Assembly: GCA_964035545.1 (NCBI GenBank)
Contig: OZ037771.1
Location: forward strand, 14,879,133 to 14,943,132
Reading direction: 5' to 3'
DNA from: Bugula neritina
Lineage: Eukaryota > Animalia > Bryozoa
Length of the DNA: 64,000 bases
The notes beneath the pieces are model-generated. The model made no database searches and was not told the DNA's origin. It saw only the letters and a program-made list of their open reading frames with translations. Each line of letters begins with the position of its first letter. The first letter of the stretch is position 1. This document shows positions 1 through 13,084 of the stretch, one piece after another. A program made the translations under genes and the position numbers.

Positions 1-3000
1 CATACATGAGTTGAATAAAATCATTGAGAGTTTTATGAAGGTCTATTTGTGTATAGGTAGCCCTATGTCACAACTCAAGTTTTTAGATTTTATGTAATTT
101 GTGGTGCAAAGTTGCAAATAAAAACCTTATTTTAATAATACTTAGACATATGCAAGCAATAAAGATAATGAAAAAATGCTATAGTTGCTAATTAGCTAAT
201 ATTACTTGCATATGATGCAAATATTTGTATGCATGCATGTTTAGTTTGTTAGCATTGGTTAGATATAATTGAATATATAGATTTGATGTGGAGATTGAAG
301 AAAATCAATATGTTGTGTTCTATATACAACAACAGTTTTTACATTGGTTTGTTAATTACTTCATAAATCATTTATTACTTCATGCAATATTTGTTCCTGC
401 AACTTTGCAGAGTGGCAAAATGCATTTCAAAGACATATATTAAGTGATTCTAATTATACTAGAATTTTCAAACTAAGAATTTTTGTGGAGTTTTCTTCTT
501 CCTAAGACATATGTGGCAATTGAACACATAATAAGTTGTGGGCTACAACTCCTTTATACAACCTTGCAAGAAATTATGCAGCTATTTAAATAGAAAAGGA
601 ATTATTGAATTTATTTATTCAACATTATTAGTATTTTATAAATATTTGTTGCATTTAATTAATGAGCATAAAATTTGTTTTACAAATACTGTAATTAACA
701 GCATGGTAAAAATATATTATATATACTGGTATATATTTTGTATTGTATTAGATTTAGGCGACATTGCAAGACATTTATAATTAAAATGAGTTAATGGCTA
801 AGTTTAAATAACTTCGACTTATAGATTACATTTTTATGTGCTATAAAAATTTAACTCGTTTGTTCCGACATTTCTCCCTGCATAAAAGCAAAACTTACTG
901 CAAGAAATCCTTAGCTAGAAAGATAAATAATGATTTACTTCAATTACATCAAAAGCTAATATCAGCCAGCATTCTATAAATAATGGTAATTTACCTAGTG
1001 TAATTTTTCTTAAACTAGCTAAGCTTGCTTGGTACTTTAATAAGTTTATTGGCATAGTGTATTATTTTATACTTATATATTTTTAAGACTTTAAGGAAAA
1101 TGATGTTTTAGCTGCGTTATTCCTAATGCAAGCCTTATAAATTTACAATATATACTAAAATATTATATTTGTAATTAGAAAGAAAACAAATTACTTTCAT
1201 AAACTTATAATTATTGCATTCTGTTATTTTTAATGCTAGAATAACAAATTGAACACGGCATATGCTTCCCTAACCAGATGCTTTTAAACGGATTAAAAAT
1301 AATTTGTCAATTTCTAATTATGAGGAACAAACTCCTCGATAGTTTCTACATTTGCGCATGATTTTATCAAGATAGGCTTGTTTTTGTGTCAACCTGTAGC
1401 CAGTGCAACTATACTTTATGTAACGAGTAAAACAGACTCATTTCAAAGTACACAGTCTAAAGGGTAGGAATTACTACAAAGAAAAGTGCCGGTTAAAAGT
1501 TAATTATAATTGGAAATAAGGTGAAATATCAGTCAGAAATTAAAAAGTGTCAACTAAAAAGGTGTATTGTTATTTCTTTTTGGCTTAATGAAAATGTTTT
1601 TTGAGGAAGAAGTACGAGAAACATCTAGGAGGGGTTCATATCCACCACTGGCGACTACCTGTTTATTGATGAAGAACTATCCAATGATAGTACAGTATTA
1701 TGGTCTTTTGCCTTATAATTGGCTTTGATTTTTTTATGTCTAATTACGAGATACTAAACAGATGCAAAGTATGTTGTGCATAGGCAGTTTTTTTATGTCT
1801 CTAAACAACATTCTAGGAAAATATATACTGCATAATTTCATTAGAATTGCCTAAACAAAATACGGATAATTGCGTTACGAGGTGCATATCATTTTAATAG
1901 AAGTATGAAGATATTATATTACTTTACGGATGTCATAAATCTAGCTTATGCACAAATTTGAATGTTGAATTATGATGATCTTATAACCCCTTTCACAAAT
2001 ATTTATAGATGCTGACTAGTAAAATATATTACCTTAAATCGCTGTCTTGTATGTATTATACAACTATACAGTAAAAAATTATAGCGTGCAGATAACTAGG
2101 TTTCAAGGTATAGGGACAAAAAACTTATGCCATATGATAGGAATATCCCCAACTGTCAAAAATGTATCTTAAAACACATTTTATAGTCTTAACCCGCTTT
2201 GATAACTATAAGTTCCTATATTTAACCGGCTTGTGTGATGCAAATATCTGTCATTAAAAAGCGGTTTATTAGTATCTTATTATTTATATAGCCCCTGTTT
2301 TGAGTATATTTGCTTGTTATTATGGGCAGAAAATCAAACTCATATATTATATAAGTGAAGGAAAACTTTGATCGTAAGCTGTCATTGCTATGTAGCAATA
2401 TTCAAAAATAAAAAACAGTTTTGAAAATAGAACTTGAAAAAATATTAAAAACTAGTGCTACCCAAAAAGGAGTTTGTGTAGCAATATAATAAATCTGTTA
2501 TCTTATACCTATGCATTATAGTTGTAGAGAGCTTTTGGCCAATAATTAGTAATGATTTTTTATTAAGGTATACTTTGTTAGAAAACTGTTGAAAGCTTGT
2601 CACAACAACTAAAAATGTGGTGGATATAACTTAGGGTAATATTTAGGCAGCTATTTTTAGTACAGTTATTTTTAATTTCAAAATTATTGTCATTTAAAAC
2701 GTTTTTAGTACTATCAGTTAAAAATAATAACAGTAAAAAATTATATTTGATCAAAAAATCTTAACAGATGTGTTTGCGATTTTTTAATTAAAATTCTCTC
2801 CTTTTAAATTTTTTTTTTGAAGTGTGGCTTTAACCAGATACTGTAGCTATATACGAGATAAGGATTTGGGGTATTTCACTTAACTTAGTACACACTCAAA
2901 TCTCCAGTTTTGTATAGCTGCTACTGTATATTATATGGGTTTCCATAATTTTACCATTATATTTATAAAAAGAAACATTGTACAAGTTAGTTTTCATTTG

Positions 3001-4166
3001 ATGTTTTGAAACTATATAACCATAAGTTTAAGCAAACCATGCACAACCTCAAATCTATCATTGTAGATCCATCCGAAGCAATGGTATTGCAGCGATTATA
3101 GTAGGTATGTTGCCTATACTGACAAGCATAATTGGCTCATAGTTAGAAGTTTTTTACATAAAATCCAAACAATAAAAGTTTTGGGCTTTCAAAGTTCATT
3201 TACGATCAATAGTAATGAAAGTTTCGAATACTCTATACATGCAACTGGCAAGATTGAAAGGCTTATTATTAGCAGCTTACTTGTAAACAAGCTCTACATG
3301 AAAAAATAAACTTGAGGTAAAGTTGATATTGTGCCATTATCTACATTAGGAGAAAAAAATGTGAGGATTTTTATCTCAAAAGGACGTCAAAAAATAATTT
3401 TATGAAATGCCATATTTCAAGTTACATAAGGGTCATTCCACGCCAACTCAACAAGGTTTTTGAGGATTTTTGCAGACCCGTCTCAGATTTTTTTCGAGAT
3501 TTTAGTATAGTATTCAAAAATATGTATATTGAAAAATATAAAATATTAGCCGTTAGTTCCTAATAGTTTTGTAGTTATGGCACTTTTTGTGAGCAAAGGT
3601 TGGTAAAAAATTGATACTTTTTTCATGGGTTTCAGCACCAAAGGTCAACTTCATGGATTTGTATCTTGGAGACCATTCAAAACAAACCTTCCATACTTTT
3701 ATGGATGATAGTTCTACATGACTTCAATAAATTTAAAACAAAAAAATTGCCATAAGTCTTGAGAAAAACTTTCTGTTGCATTACGTTTTTAGGTCAACAA
3801 CTTGGCCATTTTTTGTCAATTTTTAGGCAATAAAGCTTACCTTTTACAAACAGCTATAATCCTGATATTTTTAGAACCTAACAACTATATTATATATATC
3901 ACATTAGAAAATTTTCAGCTTTTTACTGGCATAAATTTCATCACAATTGTGTGTTAAAATCCTAAAATTTTGAAATTATGCACTATTTCTAAAGAGAAAA
4001 CTCAATGTGGGTATAAATGCATTTTTTTAAAAATAGCTTCATTTTAAAGATATTGGTATGTATTATGTTATATTAAAAATTAAACGTTTGTATATTGTTC
4101 CTTCATGAAAAAATTTTGGATTAAATTGACAAATTTTTTCGATTTTGGCTTATATTTAAAACTACA

Positions 4167-7100
4167 CACAGAGAGAAATATTAGTGTTAGAGTGAACATA
4201 AGCTGACAACTAAAACCTCTCGTTTTTTGGATCCCTAAATTGACTCACAGTGAATAGAAATTAGTGTCAGGTACTGTTCACAGTGAATAGTATGTTAGAT
4301 CAATGTTGATATAAAGAGTTGTGAAGTTGATTCTTTGTATTTATCAAAATGAGCCAAATTATGTTCAATGGTGATCTTATTTATGCTCAATAGTGATATT
4401 ATATATGTTTAATGATGATCTCATTTCTGTTCAATGATGATCTTAGATATGCTCAATGCTGAACTAAGTTATATTCAAAGCTGAACTTATAAATGTTCCA
4501 TGCTGCTCTAATTTTTGTTGGAAATAAGCTTCTGCAAAAATTATTACTGATCACTCTGAACTAACTTGTCATAACTTCTAACCAGTATGAGAGTATAGTA
4601 ATGCGGATTTTATTGTATATGCTAGTTGAATATAAAAAATACAACAAAAAATAACTTCTAAAGATTAAAATAAGAAAAAAAACATGAAAATAAACATTTG
4701 CAGAATTTTTCTACGACTGTAAATTCAGTTAACTTTTCTCAATATTAGCAGAACCTGCTAAGACCATAGTGTGTGTCATTACATTCTTGCTCTGTAGTGT
4801 AGTGATAACCAAGCAGTTGTGGTGTGTAATGGTTAGCACACCTGTGTGCAAGTCCGAGGTCCGTGATAGTAACCCAAGTACGGGAGGGGGGAGGGGGAAG
4901 TTTTATAACTAATTCCAGCAGTTAGTAAAGTGTGGTAGTACTTCAAGAGGAGTTGAGTGGCCAGGGAAGCCCGAAGAAGTAGTATAAAAAGAGCAGCTGG
5001 GTTCTTGAGAAGTGGGTGAGGTGTAGTGTAGAGCACCCAGTGACGCTTGTATTGTTGTGGTGAGTGCGCCTGCTTGCAGGCTGAAGGTCTCAGCATGATT
5101 CAAAGTTTTGTAGCGGTCAAATTTTTTGTGTGTGCTCCTATTCAGCATCTTTGAGTGCATGGTCTTAAAAAATGTTATGGGATCTACAACAAAAGATAAA
5201 AGTTGGGTAATATTTAAACTGTATTAGTATAAACAGTAAACATTTGGTTAAGATATACAATCACAAGCAGCGTAAATAAATTAAGTTCAACTTTGAAGAA
5301 GCTGAAGTGTAAGGCCAAAACTAATAGTATCAATGATGTTAGCTACGAATCTTTCAGCATATTTTCAGCACCATCGTACCAATCGTTTGATTCTGAATAA
5401 CCATACAGGCTTTGGCAAACTTATGATCATTATGTTGCGTAGTGTTTGGGTTAGTTTGAGCTTATCAAAATTTACTAACAATTTTTGCCATCATTTTATT
5501 TTACTTCTTTCTTAATTACAAATGCAAGAGCTGTTGGGCATAATTAGTTTAGTTAATAGAAGCTTCTCTGCATTAAAATTATCTCAAAATGTCAGTGAAT
5601 CACAATTTAAGCTGGAGTCAGCCTTTTATATGGACGCCTCATATCGAGATAACAGATATTGATAAGTTTCAGTATGTCTATAAATTAAAAAACAAATAAA
5701 GTACTACCAAGAAAAATATTGCTACTTAAACATGTTTTTATATTTAATTGTGCCGTGCAAAGATAAATAAAAGAATATACTGGTGGCACGGAAGTTAATG
5801 AAAAATTTTGTCAACTTTGCCAACTCAACACTGATATTGGCATTTTGGTACTTAGCTATAAAACAAGAAGCTAGCTTGGCAGCTGATTAAGGCTAATAAC
5901 TACTTGTAGGCTGCTAAACTGCATTATTAACAATACTTTTACAATGAGGAACGGAATTCAAATTAATGAATTTAGCACAAATTGCTAGAAGGTGAAGCGG
6001 AAATAAAACGCTAAATTTTTTGAAAATAGATTATTACAGGAAAACTCATATCAAATTTATATAGGAATAGAGTAGTTTGGGAATCATTAGTCAATGTGGT
6101 CTCTTAAAAGTTATGGTTGCACAAATTTAATTATCTGTCTGCAGCAATAGTCATACTGTCATTGTAATATCAAATGACAACGTTAAGCAAATGATTGGGC
6201 TTACCTGTTGCTGCAATGACAACTTCAGTTCCTAACTCTGAAAGAAAGTGCTCATCTTCTATCTCTGAGAGGTAGCTGCAATCTTTACCCATGTGATGAA
6301 ATGATTCAATGTTTTCCATGTTGTGAGGTTGTGTGGAAGCACAAATTCACTGAATCTCAAAGCACAACCTCTTAGTCTGAGCCTCTGGTGTTCACTATGC
6401 CGGCAAAATATTTCTTCTGTCAATAGCTGTGAATGAAAACTATGTGCTGTTATGTAATAACCTTTGCTTTGCTCTGTCACTGCTTGGTAAGCCAGTTTCT
6501 TGCCTTTGAATTACAATTTAAATATTTCCTTACTATAGCTTTGTTATGCAACATCTTTTTTTGTTCCACCAGGTAGTTTACACAAGTTTACACAAGGCTT
6601 TTGAAGTGGTTCACCTGATCCACAATTGACTATTCAGTAGCTTGTTTCATTGTTAATTTTAAGCTTCTTGTTTGAAACACATTTGCTGATAACTGAGTAC
6701 ATTGGAGTTTAATGGTGCATCTCCCTGATTTCTCTTTTACACACATTTTAAATTAGTTGGCTTTCCTTTCCATGAATGAAATTGACTAGTGAAGCCTAAA
6801 CTACCCATGCAAGAGATATGTGCAGTTGAAATTTTTTGTTGATAAATTCAACTTAAGTCTTTGATAAACGGAGTGGGGCAATGTTTAATAGTAGTCTGGT
6901 AACAACCTGTTTGAAAATGTCTGGGCTTCAAAAAAATTTCGAAATCATAAACAGCTAGTAGGTTGAAGGAGTTTCATTCCACTTATATGCTCCCCAGTTG
7001 GGTTGTATTTTTTGTTTTGGTACTAAGTATTATATACCTATATACCCTTATATAACTTTCATATCAATTGCTAAACATAAAATAACCAACAATATGATAT

Positions 7101-7807
7101 ATTTGCAATAATATTTAAATTTTTCCAAATTTGTGTGGAAAAAAAGCATCAAATGCATTAATAATAATATTTTTTCAAAAAACAAAAAATATAGAAAATG
7201 CAAAAAATAATAGGTTTATGCAGAGCAAAGAAATTTATTTGTGTGCCAATTATAAAAAGCAATTGACTCAAATTTATTTAAATACACATATATTTCAATA
7301 GTATTCAAATAAATTGCACTTAAAATGTATAAATAGCATCTAACTGGAAAGCACCAATTGAAATGACCCAAATGTAGGGCTCAACTCTATCCTAGCTTCC
7401 TATAAAGGTTTGTGATCATCATAATAGTGCACATGTGAACGAATAATGTTGTTAGGTATACAACTGCCGATTGTTCTATAATTCTTATGTAAATAAAATT
7501 TTGCTTGAACATATGTAGTTGTAGCATTGATCTCACTTTCTGCTCCTATCAACTACTGTTTAGCTTCATTCAGACCTAGGGATGATGATTACGTAATACT
7601 TGTGAAAAGTAGCGTTGACTTAACAACTAAGTGGTTTCAGAGCTACTACAAAATATTTTTCAGTTTACATTAATCGGATTAATTTTCAATTTCATCAAAA
7701 TAAGTGCAGGTCTAACAACTATTAGAGGTGTGGTGCAGGCTATACCGACAATAAAAGGCTCTTTGAACAACTTTAGTGCAAGCACTGCACTAATATTTCT
7801 CTCTGTG
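4167..7807. mobile_element. CACTA/EnSpm (CMC)-like non-autonomous DNA transposon inserted in the left Sola2 TIR
   Basis: Perfect 20-bp TIR CACAGAGAGAAATATTAGTG / CACTAATATTTCTCTCTGTG with a 2-bp TSD CA (4165-4166, 7808-7809). Removing the element restores continuity with the right Sola2 TIR. Degenerate ~22-bp subterminal repeats lie at ~4330-4510. No transposase was recognised. Confidence 0.75.
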
Positions 7808-8089
7808 CACCTTATAAAGTTGCTGGAACATGCATAAAGTCATAAAAAATACCAAAATTGTTGATATATTATCTGCAATTACTTTCATAACATTTAAATT
7901 TAATTTGGATATCAGTAGTCATTGTACTTCATAAAAGTGAATAAACTGGGTTCATTTTAGGTAAAACCAGTAAACGGTTACAATTTAAAAGCAAAATAGA
8001 TTTAAATATATAGCAAATGAGAAAAAAAAATTATAATTATCATTTATTACTAAATGGCATATTTACGAAAGTTTTCACAAAACTTTTAC

Positions 8090-9045
8090 ATAAAGCCTGA
8101 ATAATATCCATGATAGGAAGGTTGCATCATATGCCTTTAGGTAGTGCTTTTTTCCATTGAATGTAGCTGGTGTCTTAACATATCAGAGTACACATTGTTT
8201 TGAGGCCCAGCCTTTATCCTTCAATCAGGGAAGGCCAGTGAAATGAGTGAGTATGTCCATAGAAATGCATATATTTAAGGAGTAGATCAGATTTTTCCTC
8301 AAATTTGGTTAGGACACAACCTACTCACCAGTTCTCATCGTATGTGCATTATTTATAACGTTCCACTCCTGGGCAAAAAAAATTATCATGTTTACATAAA
8401 GTATGAACCTTAGATCAAAACAGCAGCTTTCATTGTTGTATCATTTGCTGATATTCTCTTGGCAGTCAGTCCTTTGTTAACTGTAAGGGTAAAACAATGA
8501 TATTCACTGGTACCAGTCACGGCCTTTACAAGTGAGAAGCAAGCATTTTCAGGCGAAAATGATTAGCGGTAGAGAAAAAAGTTGCATTTTCTATGTGGGA
8601 TAAGCCCCAATAAAAAAACGTCTTTGAGAGTTGAGAAATATCTGAGAGTTACTGCTTGCAAATCTGCTTTAGCAGCTTTTTTTAATTGTTCCACCTACAC
8701 CATCACAGGCATTTATGTCATGACTGGTTAAAAAAGAGTTCCACTAAGCATGAAATCTGAAATCATCTTCACGAGACACGAAATTTGCTACTTTTTTTAA
8801 ATTCTTATAATGAGCAGCTGCTCCATCAGAGAAATGATGAATTTTTTCAAGTGGGAGACATTTTCTTCACAATATTCAAGACTGTTTTCTAAAACATGCT
8901 GATGGAAACAGTGTCATGTTGCAAACAGTCATTTATTACATACACATGCAGCAATTAGGTTTAACCTCCCAATCTTTGACAGGATATGCCACAAAGAAAT
9001 TTACGGCAGCTTAGGAATTTTCCCAGTGAAACCACTGCACCATTA
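8090..9045 (-). pseudogene. Sola2-like DDE transposase remnant (C-terminal half, with stops and frameshifts)
   Basis: Minus-strand hand translation gives VQWFHWENS*AAVNFFVAY...NDCLQHDTVS...KIHHFSDGAAAHYKNLKKVANFVSREDDFRFHA*WNSFLTSHDINACDGVGGTIKK and YDENW*VGCV...YMHFYGHTHSFHWP. These match recalled Sola2 motifs (SDG..xYKN; TSHGKxxCDGVGGTVK). Confidence 0.85.
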
Positions 9046-9469
9046 TACCAATTAGTCCTTTGGAACCAAGAATTTTATGCCTATGCACTTGAATACGTAA
9101 ATTGCAACATTTACGTAAGATTTTCTGGTTTATTAAGAAATTGAGAATTTTTTGTCTAATTTACTATATACATAGTTGAAGAAACAATTGCTAAAGCCCG
9201 CATCTCTACTTCACTCCATCCTTCACTCACTCACTCACAACCTCAGCCACCCATCATCTCTTACCTTCATCCTGTAAAAGTTCACACACGGATACACTCG
9301 CCTGCACACACGCACACACCCACCCTGTAAAAAACCGACTCTCTCAGTTTTGCTGGCTTGCTAATAATAAAATACATTTTGTCAGTATGCTTCGTTAAGG
9401 TATCTCTGCTTGATAAATTTACAGGTCGGAGCAGGGTGCTGATTGTTTGGTAAAGGAAAAAGAATATTC

Positions 9470-9522
9470 GCGTGTGTGCGTGTGTGCGTGTGTGCGTGTG
9501 TGCGTGTGTGCGTGTGTGCGTG
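9470..9522. repeat. (CGTGTGTG)n microsatellite
   Basis: Read directly. It explains the HTRTHA-type spurious ORFs. Confidence 0.9.
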
Positions 9523-12045
9523 CATATGTATGTATATAGGAGTGCATGAGGAGTGGTGCATGGGGAGCAAGTGAGGGGGTACAAATGAAAGGGCAAAGAA
9601 TAATGAGAATACTGAAAGCATGGAACCTATCAAGTGGCAGCATGACAAAATACATTAATTTAGTCGAATATTTACTCATGAGAAAACAATATGCAAACAT
9701 TAATTCTTTGAGAAATAAAAAATATACATATAAACCCACAAGTGATAATTGTAATAATGTTCTTTTTCTATTAATTACTAGATTTAAATCTATTGTGCTT
9801 TTAAATTCTAGCAGTTTACCGGTTTTTTAAAATGAACCCATCTCAATCAATCTTATGAAGTACCATGATTACTGATATCCAAATTAAATTTAAATGTCAT
9901 GAAAATGATTGCAGATAATATGTAAACAATCTTGGTATTTTCTATGACTTTTTGCATGTTTCAGCAACTGTATAAAGTGTAGTTTTCAAAATAGGCAAAA
10001 ATCGAAAAAATGCGTCAATTAAATCCAAAATTGTTCTATGAAAGAACAATATACAAATACTCAGTTTTTAATATAGTATACTATATACCAACATCTTTAA
10101 ATTAAAACTATTTAAAAAAAATCATTCATACCATCATTGATTTTCTCGTCATGAAATAGTGCATAATTTAAAAAATTTAGGATTTTAGCACGAAATTGTG
10201 ATGAAACTTATGCGAGTAAAAAGCTGAAACTTTTTTAATGTAATATATATAATATAGTTTTAAATGCTAAAAGTATCAAGATTATAGCTCTTTGTAAAAT
10301 GTGAGTTTGAAGTGCTGGAAAATTGACGATTTTGAAAAATGACCAAACGTTTGACCTAAAAACGTAATGCAACAGAAATCTTTTCTCAACACTTGTGGCA
10401 AATTTATTTACTTTAATGAAATAAAAATCATGTAGAACTTTCATTCATAAAAGTATGGAAGGTTTGTCTTAAATCGTTTCTGAGATACAAATCCATGAAG
10501 TTGACCTTCGGTGCCGAAACCCATGGAAGAAGTTTCAATTTTTTACCAACTTTTGCTCACAAAAAGTATCATAACCACAAAACATATTAGGAATTAAGGG
10601 CAAATATTTGATATTTTTTATTAGACATGTTTTGGAATACTATACTAAAATTTAGAAAAAATTCGAGATGGGTCGGGTTTGGCCTTGTTGAGTTGGCGTG
10701 GAATGACCCATAACTATAAATCGGTTACGAGTACTCATTTACATTCCAGATACTGATTAAGTTATGTAGCCTGCAACCATGCACTTGGTTGACAATGATA
10801 TTTAAGATGTTGGTTAAAAACTAAAAAACTAATTACTAAAGAGAGCAGACAACTTTAAAAATTAATTTTCTTGAGCAACAATAATGTATAGCAGCTGAAT
10901 GGTTTAAAAGAGAAATGCTAAAACAAGATCAAAAATAAAACCAACGTTTCGTAGCATTTGAACTTTTGACATTACAGATGAGTAAAACATAATTACACTA
11001 ATTTAAAGGACTACATAGTACATATAGTATATTGCCTTTTTGCTTATGGCAAAAATATTTTTATACTTGAAAAATTGCTAAAACACACTGCAAAAAGCTT
11101 GCAAATGCAAAATTGTATAACCAGCTATGAACAGAATACTCAAATTTGAAAATCAAAAGTTTAAAATGCAGACTATCACAGCTTAAATTCCAAGTATATT
11201 GGATTTACAAGAAAAGCAAAATTTATGTAAGTTGATAATAAAATGCAAGGATATTATAGTAAAATATGCAATTATTTTTTGAAACTTGAAATAAGATTTG
11301 CCTTCTCTAAAAATAGCACACATGAGGCATTTTAGCCAAATACCATTCTGTTGAAAAAAATTAAACTAATGAATTTCATATTGTTTAATTAAAAAGAGGG
11401 TTCTTTTAAAAAATGAAAAAGTTTTCAATAAAATAAAAAAAGTAGTCTGTCTTCTTTGTGCATAAACCATAAATATATGTACAATTGGGGTCCTGCATGT
11501 GGACAATTCATTAAAGCCAAACACATGCAAGAATTTATCATCTGCACTTCACAGTTTAAATAGAAGAAATTCAACAATAGATATGAAGAGTAAAATACTA
11601 GATGTGAGTATACAAAGTTTCTTGAAATACATTTTGCCAATCTGCAATTGCTAAACAAAAACACAATCTAACATTGATCTACTTAGAATGAACCTAACCA
11701 ATTTAGAACAAGATTGATTTATTCCAATCTGAAAATCCCTTTTATTAATTGGACCGAACGATAGCAACCGATTGTATCACGCTTATACTTTTATTTCAGA
11801 TAACTCATTGTCACTATCGGTAAAATATTCAGTGTAATATCTTTATTCAATTCTTCAACGAGCTAAGAAATACAATGCAGAAATACATGCTGAGAACGAT
11901 TAGGCCTTTTGAATACTAATTTTAACTGCCCAACAAAAAAGGTGTTTACTGCTAATCTATATCAATACATTTTACCTACATTGTTCTTCAAAAAAACCTT
12001 GATATTATACAATGAAGTTTGGCTGCATATAGAATTATCAATTCT

Positions 12046-12245
12046 GTAAACTCACTCACTCAAGTTTATAGTCACTATCTTTGTGAGAACCCCTGATAGA
12101 CAGGGTCTTTTAAAATAGGCTATAGATTTATTTAGATGAGGCAGAAGAGCAACTATGACTGGATGCTCTTTCTAACTTCACCAATGGCCTTCACAGCGGT
12201 TTGAACCCATTACCTTATGTTTACTTAGCTAACACTTTATAACTC
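12046..12245 (-). mobile_element. tRNA-derived SINE, diverged copy of the family at 61495-61708
   Basis: The reverse complement aligns with 61520-61708 (GGGTTCAA B box, GGTGAAGTTAGAAAGAGCATCCAGTCATA, CTATCAGGGGTT, ATAGTGACTATAAACTTG). Confidence 0.7.
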
Positions 12246-13084
12246 TTATAGAACACAGCAATTAGCAATTTTCTAAACATTACTAACTATATGCAAGACG
12301 CAGGCTTTCAGGTGAAGAGATTAAATTGATTGGCTGTCTAGGTGCAGACCGTAGGAAGCACTAAAATATTAGATATGTTTGCCTGCCACATGCGGAGTCT
12401 CAAGAAAGGGCAACACTACTTAGATTAGACTACTGGTGTATAACAGAACCACTATAGCAAAAGAGCAAGTGAAAAGTAATAGCTGTTTAACACAAACTAT
12501 ATGTTGTTATAGATGCTTAGACAAAGTCAGACAAGCGGAATGCTGGTATAGATTGATTTTCTATACTATGGCAGGTATAGTCTAAAATTCTAGTCCTCAT
12601 TATCAAAATATGGTACTGGATCTTTCGTTTCAAACCCATACTTCATCAGATGTTTCCGTTCTTCATTGGCTGAAACCAAATTTTCATCGACCTACAATTT
12701 TCATCAATGTAGTATAATCTGTGCCCTTAGCCACTTTTTTGTTTAAGCCTGATTCTTTTGTCAAATTCTATACATTTTCTTTGAAGCAATGGTTAACCGG
12801 AAGCCCATCCTTGTCATTACATACGACTTATATCTATTTATATTCAACTAACTGAAACGTTTGTATTTTTTAGATACATGCATCTGCAAATATCAGCTAT
12901 TTCAAGACTTAATATTGAGGTCTAATTAATCCATGCTTGAGGTTTTTTTTGACAGAATGCTACATCACTTTCGGGGTTACTCTTCACATAGGTATATCGG
13001 TTTTTATTGATAATTACAGGTCTTATCTTTGTTGCGGTTTGTTTGGCTGTTTCACTGCCATAAGTTGTATTTCACACTCTACAC

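Larger units (their letters stand above)
3430..10709 (-). mobile_element. Sola2-type DNA transposon (decayed), ~7.3 kb including a nested insertion
   Basis: Termini are GGGTCATTCCACGCCAACTCAACAAGG (3430) and CCTTGTTGAGTTGGCGTGGAATGACCC (10709), with a 4-bp TSD ATAA on both sides (3426-3429, 10710-10713). The long TIRs are left 3430-4166 plus 7808-~8012 and right ~9780-10709. A transposase remnant lies inside. GRG termini, a 4-bp TSD and long TIRs are the described Sola2 hallmarks. Confidence 0.88.

Noticed and set aside
1-3420. Possible exons in 1-3.4 kb (for example 1595-1730) and in 63.2-64 kb
   Set aside because: No consistent splice-and-frame model or recognisable motif could be built by eye.
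4330-4510. Regularly spaced ~22-bp repeats as a CRISPR-like array
   Set aside because: They are degenerate tandem repeats without unique spacers, inside a eukaryotic transposon.
12615-12660. CTGATGA...GAAA on the minus strand as another hammerhead
   Set aside because: Stems I-III cannot be paired convincingly; at best a decayed relic.
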